DNA of 33,533 nucleotides, taken from Saprolegnia diclina VS20. Its lineage: Eukaryota. The notes under the pieces were generated by a model. That model made no database searches. It had not been told where the DNA came from and saw only the letters and a list, made by a program, of their open reading frames with translations. This document shows positions 18,752-29,694 of this stretch, piece after piece; position 1 is the stretch's first letter, and every line of letters begins with the position of its first letter. The stretch lies in assembly GCF_000281045.1 (NCBI RefSeq), contig NW_008246083.1, positions 4,057-37,589 on the forward strand. The letters run 5' to 3'. The position numbers were made by a program, and so were the translations under genes.

Positions 18752-21700
18752 ATGGCCGACCCGACCGAGACGCCGGCGATCGAGGACGTGCTAGGGCCCG
18801 CGGTCTGGGCAGCGTGCAAAGCCGACCAGCGCCATGTGCTCGAGGGCTGGCTGCGCAAGAACGCCGTCTCGGACGTGCACACGACGGCGACCAAGCTCGA
18901 GCCGTCGGCGGCGCTCGCCAAGGCGCTCGAGCTCGACGCGCGTTACGTCCGCGCGCTAACGCCGCAGCAGCTCGTGTTTGCGTACCTCAACTACCTCCGC
19001 AGCATCTTCAAGATGCCCGAGACGACGCCTGCCGAGCCAACGCCGGCGCCGGCGAACGTGCCACATGCCAAGAAGCGCATCGCGCTGCAGCAAAAAGAGA
19101 CACCGGTCTGGTCCAACAACGACTTTCCACCGCTTGGGACTGCTACCGTGCACATCATGGCGTCCAAGCCCAAGGTGCAAAAGGACAAGCGGCGCATTCG
19201 TTCGACGCTCGTGTCGACGCCGTCGCTTGTCTCGACACCCTCGTCGTCGTCGTCGTCGATCTTTACGTCGGCGCCCGTTGAGAAGGCGCGCCTCCCGTCG
19301 CAAATGAACACCGATCTCTTGTCCAAATTCGAGACGCGTCTGACCAGCGTCACGCACGACACGCCCAAGCAAGCGCCAAACCTGGAGATCCAAGACCCGC
19401 TGCCGCACGACCACTCTGCTGCATCCACCTCCAACAACACCGCCACCAACACCTCCAACAACAACGCCGAGGAGGTGCCCGAGACGGTCGACGAACCCGC
19501 CGAGGAGCTTGAGCCAATGGTCGCGCCGACGCCGATGGCGCTCTTCTACAGCTTCCTCTTCCAAGCACAGCTCGTACCGCAGTCAGCCCACGAAGTCCAA
19601 TGGCTCTTTACGCTGCTGAGCCACGAAGCCTCGTCGGACGCCAAGGAGTTTGCGCTCGCCGTGCTCTACACGATCCCCGAGACGCTCGAGCTCTTTGGGC
19701 CCGAGATTCTCAAGCTCGCTGTCGACACGTTTGCGTCGCTGCACGTGGCACGGTCGCTCCAAATCCGGTTCCTTCGATACCTCGAGGCGTACGAAGAGGC
19801 GCGGTCGGTTGAGAGCCAAGCGGTGGGCACGACCTTGCCGATCGAGGTCGTCGGCCACTCGGCGAGAGACTTTGCCGTCCCGTTTTGCGAAGACACGGAC
19901 TCGCGCTTGCACTTTCGGTCGCCGGCCGAAGCCGTGCTCTTTAGCAACCGGGAGAAGGCGCGCGATGCGTTCCTATCGCTTCTGCGGCAATGGCAGAGCC
20001 AGCGGCAGTCACTCGAAGCTTGCCCCGTAACGTCGCTGCACAACGAGATGGCGTCGGTGCTCGACGACGTGAGCGCCGACAACCTCTGGTGGTTTGCGCA
20101 GTTCTTTGTGCAAGAGCTGTGTCAAGTCGGCATCAACCCCATCGGCGAGCACGACAGTGACCTCGTGGAGAAGATCATGCACGATGACAAGCTCAAGAAC
20201 CCGGATCGGCTGCGCAAGCTGCACCAGCGCTTCACGTCCCAGCAAGCACCGCCGCCCAAGACGAAGCTCGGCCCGTCGGCCCACAGCACCAAGTTTGCAA
20301 CAGCGCCCAACAAGGTGCATGTGTCGTCGGCCGTAGCGTCGACGACGACTGTCACCGCCTCAAGCGACATGGCCGAGCTCTTCCCTGAGAACCAGCTCTT
20401 CTTTGCGCAGTTTCTCGAAACCACCAACCACGCCGTCTTCACAAAGCTTGTCGCGACCGTCCTCGAAGCCCAGCTCTTTGAACTCGCGGGGCCGTGGGCA
20501 ACGGCCACGGCGTCGTCGATCCGCAAGACGTTCACGCTGCAGACGCTCCAAGCCCGCCTTCTCGCGCGGTTCCTCGCGTACCTGCATGTCGCACCGTACG
20601 CCACGAGCCTCGGGTCGCCCACCAACGCCGCGATCGAGCGCGCCCGGAAGCAAGCAATCGCGATGCGCAACCGCGTCCGCGCACCGCTTGACGTGCTTGC
20701 AGCGCTGCGCCAATGTGTGGCCGAGCACACGCTCATGGCGTCGCTGCCATGGATGCTCGAGTACCTCCGGCTCGTGATTCTGCGCGACCCAATTGCGTGC
20801 GCCACGAGGTATGTGCAGTCGACGGTCGCCCATCTCCGGTCGGTCTTCTTCTCGCCGCGTCTCGAAGGCTGTCGGTCGGAGAACGGGCTCCTGCTTCGGC
20901 TGCAGCTCGAGGCATTTTTGCAGGCCACGACCGCGCGCCCGAGTCTGCAGCCCTCGGTATTGGACAGCCTGGCGCTCGACGAGACGTTTACCGCAGCGCT
21001 GGACGCCCCTGTCGCCGGTCTCGACGCTGTCCCGTACCTAGCGAGCGCGATGTTTGTGGCCCACTGCATCCCCGATGTCCCGTCCCTCCGCGCGTTTCTC
21101 CTTCACCTCCAAGCAACTCTGAACCAGGGCCCGGCCAAGCCAACGACGACGCGCCGCCTCAAGGTCCGCCCGCTCACGCTCTCGCTGCTCAAGACGGTCG
21201 AGGACGACGACGACCAGGACCACGACGCGACGCCGCCGTCGTCTCTTGCAGACGACCCGCTCACAAGGGCGTTTTACAAGCAGTACCCGTCGCTCCAGTC
21301 CACGGTCGAGTTTGTGGTCGACACGACCATGCGCAACGTGTGCCAGCTCGTGGGCCCGAGCGTCGTGCTGCCGTCGGCCAACGCCTTTATGGACACGATC
21401 GCGCTGCGCTTGACGGCCAACGAGAGCACCGCTGAGAAGATCACGGCGGTTGTCCGGCGCTATGTCGGCCAAGCCAAGGTCGATGCGTGCGACAAGGCGA
21501 TCGCGGCCGCCGAGCCGTACTGCCAACAACACATCCCGCGCGTGCTCGAGTCGCTCCTCTCGCCGACGATGGATCCTCGTGTGAAAGCGATGGCCGTCTC
21601 GCTGGCGACGCAAAAGGCCCTTGGCAGCGTCCGGTCCGTCGTCGCGGCGTCCATGGGCATCGAGTTCAGCAAGCAAGTCGTCCAGCGCGTGCGCAAGATG

Positions 21701-22174
21701 GCCAAGCCGGCGCCCGCAGCGCCAGACACCGCGCCATCGCTCCTCGACGCTCTGCACGCGGCGGCTAAAGACGCGGCTAGTAGTGCGCCTTGCCTCGACC
21801 ACTTTACGCGGCTCCTCGAGCTTGTGCGGGCCACGGAGACAACGAGCAGCGTATGGTGCTGCGTGGCGTCCGTCCTGCACGACGAGCGTGTGTGGCAGCT
21901 CGAGGCGTCGGCAGCCCAGACAGCTCTACTGCGGCACGCGTTGAGCAACCATGCGTGGCAGCCCCGGGCCATGGCGCTCCTCGACCCGCTCGTGCACATG
22001 TGGCTGCGGTCCGAGCACGCGGGGCGCCAGCACCTCGAGACGCTCTGCGATGCCTTCCCCGAGCTGCAACCGCGCGTTTGCGCGATTGTCGGTGCGGCCA
22101 CCGCTCCCATCCAAGAACCCGCCAGCGCGATTTTGTCTTGGCGAGGCGCCGCGCCCCGGGCCGTGCCGTGCTAG
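18752..22174 (+). CDS. CDAN1: Codanin-1-like protein (1140 aa, single ORF)
   Basis: Recognisable codanin segments: 'FSNREKARDAFLSLLRQW', 'FAQFFVQEL', 'DRLRKLHQRF', 'NQLFFAQFL', 'RLLARFLAYL', 'LPWMLEYL', and Codanin-1_C-like 'LTRAFYKQYPSLQSTVEFVVD'. Confidence 0.8.
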   Translation: MADPTETPAIEDVLGPAVWAACKADQRHVLEGWLRKNAVSDVHTTATKLEPSAALAKALELDARYVRALTPQQLVFAYLNYLRSIFKMPETTPAEPTPAPANVPHAKKRIALQQKETPVWSNNDFPPLGTATVHIMASKPKVQKDKRRIRSTLVSTPSLVSTPSSSSSSIFTSAPVEKARLPSQMNTDLLSKFETRLTSVTHDTPKQAPNLEIQDPLPHDHSAASTSNNTATNTSNNNAEEVPETVDEPAEELEPMVAPTPMALFYSFLFQAQLVPQSAHEVQWLFTLLSHEASSDAKEFALAVLYTIPETLELFGPEILKLAVDTFASLHVARSLQIRFLRYLEAYEEARSVESQAVGTTLPIEVVGHSARDFAVPFCEDTDSRLHFRSPAEAVLFSNREKARDAFLSLLRQWQSQRQSLEACPVTSLHNEMASVLDDVSADNLWWFAQFFVQELCQVGINPIGEHDSDLVEKIMHDDKLKNPDRLRKLHQRFTSQQAPPPKTKLGPSAHSTKFATAPNKVHVSSAVASTTTVTASSDMAELFPENQLFFAQFLETTNHAVFTKLVATVLEAQLFELAGPWATATASSIRKTFTLQTLQARLLARFLAYLHVAPYATSLGSPTNAAIERARKQAIAMRNRVRAPLDVLAALRQCVAEHTLMASLPWMLEYLRLVILRDPIACATRYVQSTVAHLRSVFFSPRLEGCRSENGLLLRLQLEAFLQATTARPSLQPSVLDSLALDETFTAALDAPVAGLDAVPYLASAMFVAHCIPDVPSLRAFLLHLQATLNQGPAKPTTTRRLKVRPLTLSLLKTVEDDDDQDHDATPPSSLADDPLTRAFYKQYPSLQSTVEFVVDTTMRNVCQLVGPSVVLPSANAFMDTIALRLTANESTAEKITAVVRRYVGQAKVDACDKAIAAAEPYCQQHIPRVLESLLSPTMDPRVKAMAVSLATQKALGSVRSVVAASMGIEFSKQVVQRVRKMAKPAPAAPDTAPSLLDALHAAAKDAASSAPCLDHFTRLLELVRATETTSSVWCCVASVLHDERVWQLEASAAQTALLRHALSNHAWQPRAMALLDPLVHMWLRSEHAGRQHLETLCDAFPELQPRVCAIVGAATAPIQEPASAILSWRGAAPRAVPC

Positions 22175-22269
22175 CGCCGCCCGCTATTTAGTGCATCTCT
22201 ATTTTATTCGACTAATCACCATGTATTCTACTGACTTGACCAGAGAGAGATGACGGACTAGGGTATCCT

Positions 22270-22340
22270 CGCAGATGAGACTGGTTGAGGATCAGGGTCC
22301 AGTTGTCCGCAGACGAGACTGGTCGAGGATCAGGGTCCAG
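22270..22340 (+). repeat. Direct repeat, 2 x 33 nt (period 38)
   Basis: CGCAGATGAGACTGGTTGAGGATCAGGGTCCAG (22270-22302) vs CGCAGACGAGACTGGTCGAGGATCAGGGTCCAG (22308-22340); 2 mismatches. Confidence 0.9.
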
Positions 22341-22357
22341 ATGGAGTGTGGGAGGCT

Positions 22358-22442
22358 TGTGAATTTGGTGCCCCGGGGTCCGGGGTTTGCATTTTGATTC
22401 TCATATGTGAATTTGGTGCCCCGGGGTCCGGGTTTGCATTTT
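22358..22442 (+). repeat. Direct repeat, 2 x 37-38 nt (period 48)
   Basis: TGTGAATTTGGTGCCCCGGGGTCCGGG(G)TTTGCATTTT at 22358-22395 and 22406-22442; identical except one G. Confidence 0.9.
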
Positions 22443-22493
22443 CATTTTCATTTTTTTCAATTTTTTTGCAGACAGGCGATTGCACTTGGCGAG

Positions 22494-25145
22494 ATGCTTG
22501 AGCTGCCGGTGCCCAACAAGTTCTTCCCGCCCGTGCACCTCGACGATGCGGACGAGCTGCACCTGCGGCGCCTCGCCAAGGACAAGCTCCGGCTCATGAC
22601 GGACCTTCTCCACGGCCAGCAGACGCAAACGCTCAGCTGGACGCCATGCGAGGTACTGCTGTCAGTTTGCTCATCCGCCGCCGACAGGTTCGTGTAGGGC
22701 CAAACCGCCGACGGCTGCCACGTCCTCAAGGCGCATTTTGTGGACCTCGAGGCCAACTCGCAGCGCGCGCACGCGTGTGTCCTCTACCGCGCGTCGGTCG
22801 TGCTCACAGCGAGCGTGCCCGAGGTCATGTCGGTGCTCGCCGTCCCCAAGACGGACGACTATCGGCGCATGATGAAGAGCGTGTATGGCCACGATTTTCT
22901 CGACGGCTACGTGCTCCACACGCTGCCGCGCAAGAAGCTCCATCGCCCGACCTACTTTTACACGAGCTTGAAATGGTGTGCGCTGGCCGCGCGCAACGCG
23001 GTGGGCGGCCGCGGCAGCGACTTTTGCTTCCTCGAGTACGCAGGGATTCGCAAAGAGAGTGCGACGTCGCTCCTCGGCTTTTGCATCCAGCAGTCGGTCG
23101 CCATGGACGGCGAAGTCCCCGACTTTGGCTCGTATGGGCTCACGCGTGATGCGTTCCTTCGGACCGGTATCCTCGTCACGCCGACGGACCGCGACGGGCA
23201 CGTCCGCGTCACGTCGTTTTGCCAAGTGCAAAGCGCAACTCTCGCCGGTGCGAGCGGCAGTGCCGACTACGAAGACGTCATGCGCCGGCGGGTATGCTGT
23301 GCCACGACCGGTGCCGTAAAATTCATACAAATGACTACTAGGTCGCAGCGATTCGAGGTCTCCAGAGCTACTTGGAGCGGGGTCGGCTCGGGAAGCTGCC
23401 GTTCGTCGAGCGCTGGCGCTGGGTGCGCGACGAAGATCGCAAGACGTGCAGCGTCTGCGTGCGCAACTTTACGTTTCGGCGCCGGCACCACTGCCGCCAG
23501 TGCGGCGAAGGTACCTTTGGTGTGACATAGGACCATGGACGATAAGGCTGTAGTGGTTTGCTCGGGCTGTGCGCCGTACCGGGAAGTCGAGACGCCGACC
23601 GCCGGACCCAACCGCGTCCGCATTTGCAACGTTTGCTTCGCCCGCGCCCACGGCATCGTGCACCGACCGCTCTCCGACTCGGTGCTCGAGTCGTCTGTCT
23701 ACACGGACGACGGCGCGTCGTTCTCGCTGCCGCCCGTGACACCACAGCGGCTGGCATACCGGCGGTCGTCAACTTCAACGGTGCGGTCGCCCGTCACGCG
23801 ACGGACGCGGTCGCAGCGCTCTGCGTCCATGGGTGACCTCGACGACGACGACGACGACGATGACGATCCAGCAGTGCCCGTGCGCCGCCTCGCCCACCCG
23901 CGTCCGCTGCGCGATACGTTCGAGGTAGACTGCTGCCTTCCACTTCAACCGACGATCTCATGCTTTTAGCGCGCCGAGCCACCGTCGCTCGAACACGCCA
24001 TGGCCGAGATTACGCAGCGCATCAAGGCGACGCAGCTCGCAATCCTATCGAGCGTCTCGAGCCGCGAGCGCGAGATGCAGCGGTGGCCGGCCATGCCGCC
24101 GGTACCGTCGCCAGCCTCGTCGTCGTCGTCGTCATCGTCCGAGCCGGCGCCCGAGGCTCCGCCGGTTCGCCCATATGCGTTTCCGCTCTACGACAGCAGC
24201 GACGTCGACGACGAAGCGTCGGCTGCCAGCTACAAGACGAACGCGACCGACGACACTGAATGCCCCTTTGCACCTCAAAACTACCACCAGCTCATGCAGC
24301 AGCTTCAGTTGTCGACAGTCGACGGGCGCGACGACTTGAGTGACTTCCACCTTGAGCTGAACGTCAACCACGGCCTTGACGACGACGACTTGGCCATCAG
24401 CGAGATTGGCACCGAGTTCCTGACGATGGAGCGCCCGACGCCGATCGTCGTCGTTGACCCGCCGCCGCCGAGTACGCCCAAACCACCGTCATCGTCCGGT
24501 CGGCATTTGCCGCCACCAATGCCGGCATCGATGAAAGCATCGCTCCTGGCGCGGCAGGCCGCCCTCCGGTCGAGCGAAGCGGCCATGAGCAATGTGAGCA
24601 GCTGTCTCTGGAAAGAGCCGACGTCGGCGCCGCTCCCGCCGCCGCCACCGTCGCTACCGCACTCGACCCGACGACTGCAATCGACGCAGAGCCAGTCGAC
24701 GCCCAAGGCCGTGTGGGCACCGTCTCCGCCGCCCGTGGCCGCCAACGCAATGCGATCGCTCAAGGTTGACGAGAGCAGCGGCGACATCCAAGCGAGCCTT
24801 GCGCACCAAGCGTTTGCGCAGCTCGAAGCCGAGTGCCCGAGCACACCCGAGCGCACGGCGATTCTGCAGGCGCTCGTGACGACCTTCTCGTCGCTCTTGT
24901 CGCACAAAGAAGAGTCGGACTTTTGCGTTTTGAATCGATCAGACCATGCATTTGCGGCCGTGCTCCAGGCATACCCGTCGACGCTCAAGCTGCTGCAGCT
25001 GGCGGGCTACGCCATTTACCCCCAGCGCTGCGTGCTCTCGGACTTTGATGCGGTCTTGCTCACCAACCTCGTGGGAACGCTCAAGCGAATTCTCAGCGAC
25101 CCCCAGCACCGCCACTCGTACTACTCGAGCCAGTGGTCGTTCTAG
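22494..25145 (+). CDS. START-like + FYVE zinc finger protein with a Pro/Ser-rich linker and C-terminal PUB-like domain
   Basis: Exons 22494-22652, 22698-23291, 23342-23510, 23554-23924, 23970-25145. START-like 'FLDGYVLHTL...LKWCA...DFCFLEYAG'. FYVE WVRDEDRKTCSVC...RRRHHCRQCGEVVCSGC...RVRICNVC. C-terminal 'LVTTFSSLLSHKEESDFCVLNRSDHAF...LKLLQLAGY'. Confidence 0.85.
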
Positions 25146-25518
25146 TTAGTACCCCACCATTTCTTTAGTCGCTCACGAGAGAGGTCGAGTCGTTAATGGA
25201 TCGTCTCGATTTGATTGTGGTCTAGTCGACAATCTTGCGATTCGCAATTTTAGCGTTTGAGTGGCAAATGGTGCTCATGACGTGGCACATTCTTCTGCGA
25301 GAGTGCATACTATACGTGGCGATGTCGTCATCGTTCTTGCCATAGACAGGGGCACCGACCATCGTACTCCCTCCTTGGTGCCCCATTCCTTTGTTAATTA
25401 AGCTCTAGGACATCGGTGGTGCTAGTGTCAACGTCCCACCGCTGCTCCAAGTACCGAGTCGGCCTTGCCGAAGACATTTCGTGATATGGTCATTCGTGTT
25501 TTCATTATAAACGTCCTG

Positions 25519-26718
25519 CTACGTGTCATGCGGAGCGTCCGCTGCGTCTTTGACGTCGACCGAGTTGTTGTCCTCGACGTCGACCGAGTTGTTGTTGCTG
25601 CCATCGTCGTCGCCCGGCACCGTCTTGCTGCTAAGATCGTCAGCGCCATTGGGCGTGACGAACCGGTAGTCGAGCACGACCATGGCCATCTTGCGAAAGT
25701 GAGTGATGTAGCTCACGGTGCCCGAGACGCGGTACGTGAAGCGCTCAATGTCGAAGTTCTGCGGCACCTTGATGACCACATACTGCGTGCGACCGACGAG
25801 GCGTTCGCAGAGGTCGGCGAGCGGCGTCTCACCGAGGTGCAAGTCGACTGTCGACCGCGAGCGGTACTCGGGGCCACCCCACGGCGGGTCGATGAAGACC
25901 ACGTCTTGGAGAAATTGCTCCGCCACGTCCACGTAACTGGCGCAGTAGCACTGGATGTTGACAAAGGTGAGCACGCCGTGCATGTTGTGCACGAGCATGC
26001 GGAAGCGCGTCGGGTCAATCTCGACGGCCTGCACGTAGCGAAAGAACGTGCAGAACGACGCCGTGTTGCCGCCGACGCATGCGGTCGCGTCCGTGATGAC
26101 GCTGTTGGGCGTCAAGCCCGGGAGCGTCATGATGAAGTGCGAGATGCGCGCGGCCGTCTTCATGTCCGTGACGCTGTACTGGGCCACGTCGTCGAGCTGC
26201 AGCTGGCTGCGCACGGCGACCGGGAGACCGCTAAAGAGAAAATCGCGCTTGTCGACAGGATCGGACGACGCCTTGGACGCCTTCTTGTTGGACGGCTTGG
26301 CCTTAGCTTCAAGGGCCATTGGCTGCTCGTCGTCCGTGCTGTGGTTGTTGTGATTGTTGTTGTTGCTGGCGCCGAAGCTGCCCATGAGCGACTGCATGAG
26401 CATCATCTCGTTGGCGTCGAGGGCGCGTGCGACGGGCGGCGCGTCGTCGGCACTCGCCTTGGCTTTGGGCGGACGCTTCTTGCCCGCCTTCTTGGATGAG
26501 GTTGAAGTCGAGCCCGTCGAGGACGCTGTTGATGTCGACGACGTCGGCGACACCTTGAGCGCCGCCAGGTCGGTTGCGAGGCCGGCGTCGGCTTGGTTGG
26601 TGCGCTCGGCGGCGGGCTTGCGGCGCGGTCGGCCTGCCCGGGGCTTGCGCTCGTGTGTCATGGGCGTGGTTTCGCAAGCTATTTTCAGAGGGTCGGTGGC
26701 TGTGACGACAGCGGCCAT
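25519..26718 (-). CDS. RNA cap guanine-N2 methyltransferase (Tgs/TGS1-like)
   Basis: YSVT, SAM-binding ITDATACVGGNT, AVEIDPTRFRMLVHN, VVFIDPPWGGPEY, IKVPQNFD. Low-complexity N-terminus and an 8-aa tandem duplication near the C-terminus. Confidence 0.85.
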   Translation of the reverse strand: MAAVVTATDPLKIACETTPMTHERKPRAGRPRRKPAAERTNQADAGLATDLAALKVSPTSSTSTASSTGSTSTSSKKAGKKRPPKAKASADDAPPVARALDANEMMLMQSLMGSFGASNNNNHNNHSTDDEQPMALEAKAKPSNKKASKASSDPVDKRDFLFSGLPVAVRSQLQLDDVAQYSVTDMKTAARISHFIMTLPGLTPNSVITDATACVGGNTASFCTFFRYVQAVEIDPTRFRMLVHNMHGVLTFVNIQCYCASYVDVAEQFLQDVVFIDPPWGGPEYRSRSTVDLHLGETPLADLCERLVGRTQYVVIKVPQNFDIERFTYRVSGTVSYITHFRKMAMVVLDYRFVTPNGADDLSSKTVPGDDDGSNNNSVDVEDNNSVDVKDAADAPHDT

Positions 26719-27592
26719 GCTGCGTGGTGGTGTGCTATTTGCAGGTAGAGTTGGGTTGTTCCGACGCCGGCGGCCGTCGCTCGAGGACGAGGACGAGCGA
26801 GGACGTGGCTGGCAGCGGCCAAGTTGGGGACTTGCGCCGATTGGCCCGGGCCGGCCTCAAAAGAACGTGTCCTTCAAGCCAGGTAGAATGCGTGTCCTAT
26901 GCCATCATTCCAAAACAATAGCGGTTTGAAAGAGGTTAAACGTGGTTTTTATTTTGATACTGCGCAATGTCCTTTAACAAGAGGTCAAAAGCCAGGGAAA
27001 CCTACATTTCGGCGGTCGGGCCACCTCAACACGCCAGTTCGGTCGCGAGCGAAGATCGCAACACCGCGCGACAAGACAAGTCGTCTCGGACTGGCCACTG
27101 CACACATCGTCTGTCGAAATAATATCGAGGTCCACGGACCTAGGTCCCTGCTACCTGGGCTGACGCTGCAAGCGACAAGCGCACAAGGGACACCGTTGAT
27201 GGTTGCCTTGGCTACTACTGTAGGCAAGTGTGTTTACTTTGCTCCAAGCCCAGTTGTCCCGGGATTCGGCGCATCGGGTGGCTAAATAAGAGCTAGCCAG
27301 ACGCTCATACCAGACGCCTCTACTGGCGATCTCTGGTTAGCACTTCGCCGTGTCCTGGGCGCTTCCAAGGGGCAATAAGACGGTCTTATTGTCACTTGGT
27401 GCTGGCCGTGTAAATCGACTGGTGCCAATGGTCAGAGATGGCGTGCTTGGTGGGCGCGTTGCCGTCATAAGGAGGCGCCGCGGCCAGGACCCTCGGAGGT
27501 CCTTCCTTGTGACGCGGCGCAAGATGGTCCTGCTGCCATCTGGCGCAGCGGTTTCCGTGATCCGGTCGCATCGACTTTTGTATCCGGAGACC

Positions 27593-27974
27593 ATGGTGGT
27601 CGTGCACGCCAAGGCGACGGGCAACGTGCAGCAGGTCATGTTCCGCCAGACGATCATCCGCGCCATGACCAAGCGGGGCATCACGGGCGGCGCGACGAAC
27701 CTCAAGACGCCGGCGCGCGACACGGTCGAGATGACCCTGGACGGCGACGCCGCCACCATCCAAACCTTTCTGGACGCTTTGAGAACCACGCAGCCGCTCA
27801 ATAGCTGGGGCGCCCGCGTCGACGCGCTGGTCGTGCTACCGACAGGCCGCGCTGTGCAGGAGCACCAGGTACTTGCATGGGTGGGCGCTGTATGGTGTAT
27901 GAATTTGACGTTAGGTCACGACCACCAACGTCGACGAGCGCAACTGGAACCCGAACGTTGAATTTTACATTTGA
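27593..27974 (+). CDS. Acylphosphatase-family protein (111 aa)
   Basis: Exons 27593-27868 and 27915-27974 (46-nt intron). GNVQQVMFR resembles GxVQGVxFR, GITGGATN resembles GLxGWVxN, then TVEMTLDG. Ends ...NWNPNVEFYI. Confidence 0.8.
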
Positions 27975-28224
27975 ATTCGTATTTTGCACGCTGCTTCCAT
28001 CAATACAATATGACAATGTTGTGCATTCTCTATTGCATTTTCACACAAATAATGCTGTACGCAGTGTCGATCGTGGCGGGCTGAGGGTGTATGCTCCAAC
28101 GTGGGTCTGTCTCTTGGCCAGTACTCATCTAAAACGGTGGCGTCCACGGTGCGACAGCAGCAGGTTCGCAGTCATTTAACACTGAGAAGACACCACGGTG
28201 TGGCCCCTAGAGCCTCGATTCGCG

Positions 28225-28660
28225 TGTCTTGAACGAGGCTATCGGCTCGCTGGATACCCAGGTCCGCGTAGTTCAACCCGCATTCACATGGGATCTTTCT
28301 AGCTCGATAGTCGAACTTCTCGTGGTCAACGTCCAAGGTCGCCAAGAACCGAGGTAGACTGAAACCAAGAGGTAGTAGCCCTCTTGACTCTCGGGGTTGT
28401 CGGCTTCTTGGGGGTTAGTCGTTGTTCTCGTGCTCGAGTTCGAGGTCGCGGCCGCTGGCGCGCGATTTGACCGCATCAAGCTCGACTTTTGCGGTCAAAT
28501 CACGGTGCGACCCTAATCCGAGCAGCTCCTTTCGCACGTCACCATTTACCAGGGTCGGGCGCACGCCACCGCGGCTTCAAACCCCGAGGACCTTCTTCTC
28601 GCCGACAACGAAGAGAGCTCGACGTGCGATGCCACCGACTTTGGTTTCTCGGTGATTTTT
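28225..28660 (+). pseudogene. Decayed CaMK-family protein kinase fragment
   Basis: LVLEF...RFDRI (~28427-28477), an in-frame TAA, EQLLS, HRGFKP then a +1 shift to EDLLLADNEESST (~28567-28620), and DFGFS (28637). These are degenerate versions of LVLEYxxGGELFDRI / HRDLKPENLLL / ADFGFA in the correct order. Confidence 0.55.
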
Positions 28661-29694
28661 AGGGGAAGATCATTTGGTTCGCTCCAATTCTCGGTAAACA
28701 ATCTCATTTTACTACTAGACATAACAGCACGGGCACGTCTGTGTTCTTCTTTGCCGACAGTGCGATCCGCAGCGCAGTGGTGCCTCTAGTCTGATTGAAG
28801 AACGGTACCATGCGACCGACTATCTGTGCGTGACTAAAATACCCGTATTGAGCTAGAACCAGTTGAATGACACAAGCCACAAGCGAGGAACAAACTGCTC
28901 CGTGTACTGTCCAACGTTGTGCTATTACATGTCGGAGTGCGTCATGATCCAAGCATTCGCCATTCGCATATCGAAAGGAGCTCCTGTCCGACAAAGCGCT
29001 CTCAAAATGGTACTCGGCAGCTCATGCGTCCAAATAGGTCCCTCAACGAGCAAGCAGTCGGTTCACGGTGAGCTCTCGTCGTCGATTTTAATGGTGTGCA
29101 CGTGCAGTAGGTGACTGTGCAACGAGAGCGACGGCATCCAACCGCTCCCTAGACAAGTGGATGACGTGGGCAGCGTAGGCCAAAATCCATACAAGACCTC
29201 CTGGAGCGACCTCTTGTAATATGTTGCTATAGTTGGAAGAAGTTGCAAGTCAACAAGCACAGCGCCGCCGGCAAGCCAACCTGAGCTGACGCAAGCGATC
29301 CTGTATCCCATGCAAAGGTATGTACCTCGTTCACCACCAAAGGAAACGTCTGTGCTCGTCTTTTGCTAGCCAAGCCGCTCCGCAGCGTCGCCCAAGAACC
29401 CGACCAGGTCGTCGACGAAACACTTGATCTTGCTAGTGGTCAGCAGTGCACCCCCGTGGGTTAGGCCATTGAAATCCAACTGTAGAGATCCTCGCGATTG
29501 CTGGGGCGAGGGGTTGGGTACGATGCTGTGCAGAACGTATGAGAAACGACGTCACTCCTTCCAGTAGCGCCAGCGATGGCGCCTACGTGCAGCGACGGTT
29601 CGATCTTGGTGACGTGATCCGTGCCTTCGTGGTTAGGGTACGACGCTTCGAACCGGAGACGACGAGAACCAGCGCGTCACGCATATCATGTTGA

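Noticed and set aside
22270..22442. CRISPR-like appearance of the short direct repeats
   Set aside because: Only two copies of each of two unrelated units, spacers of 5-10 nt, eukaryotic context and no cas genes.
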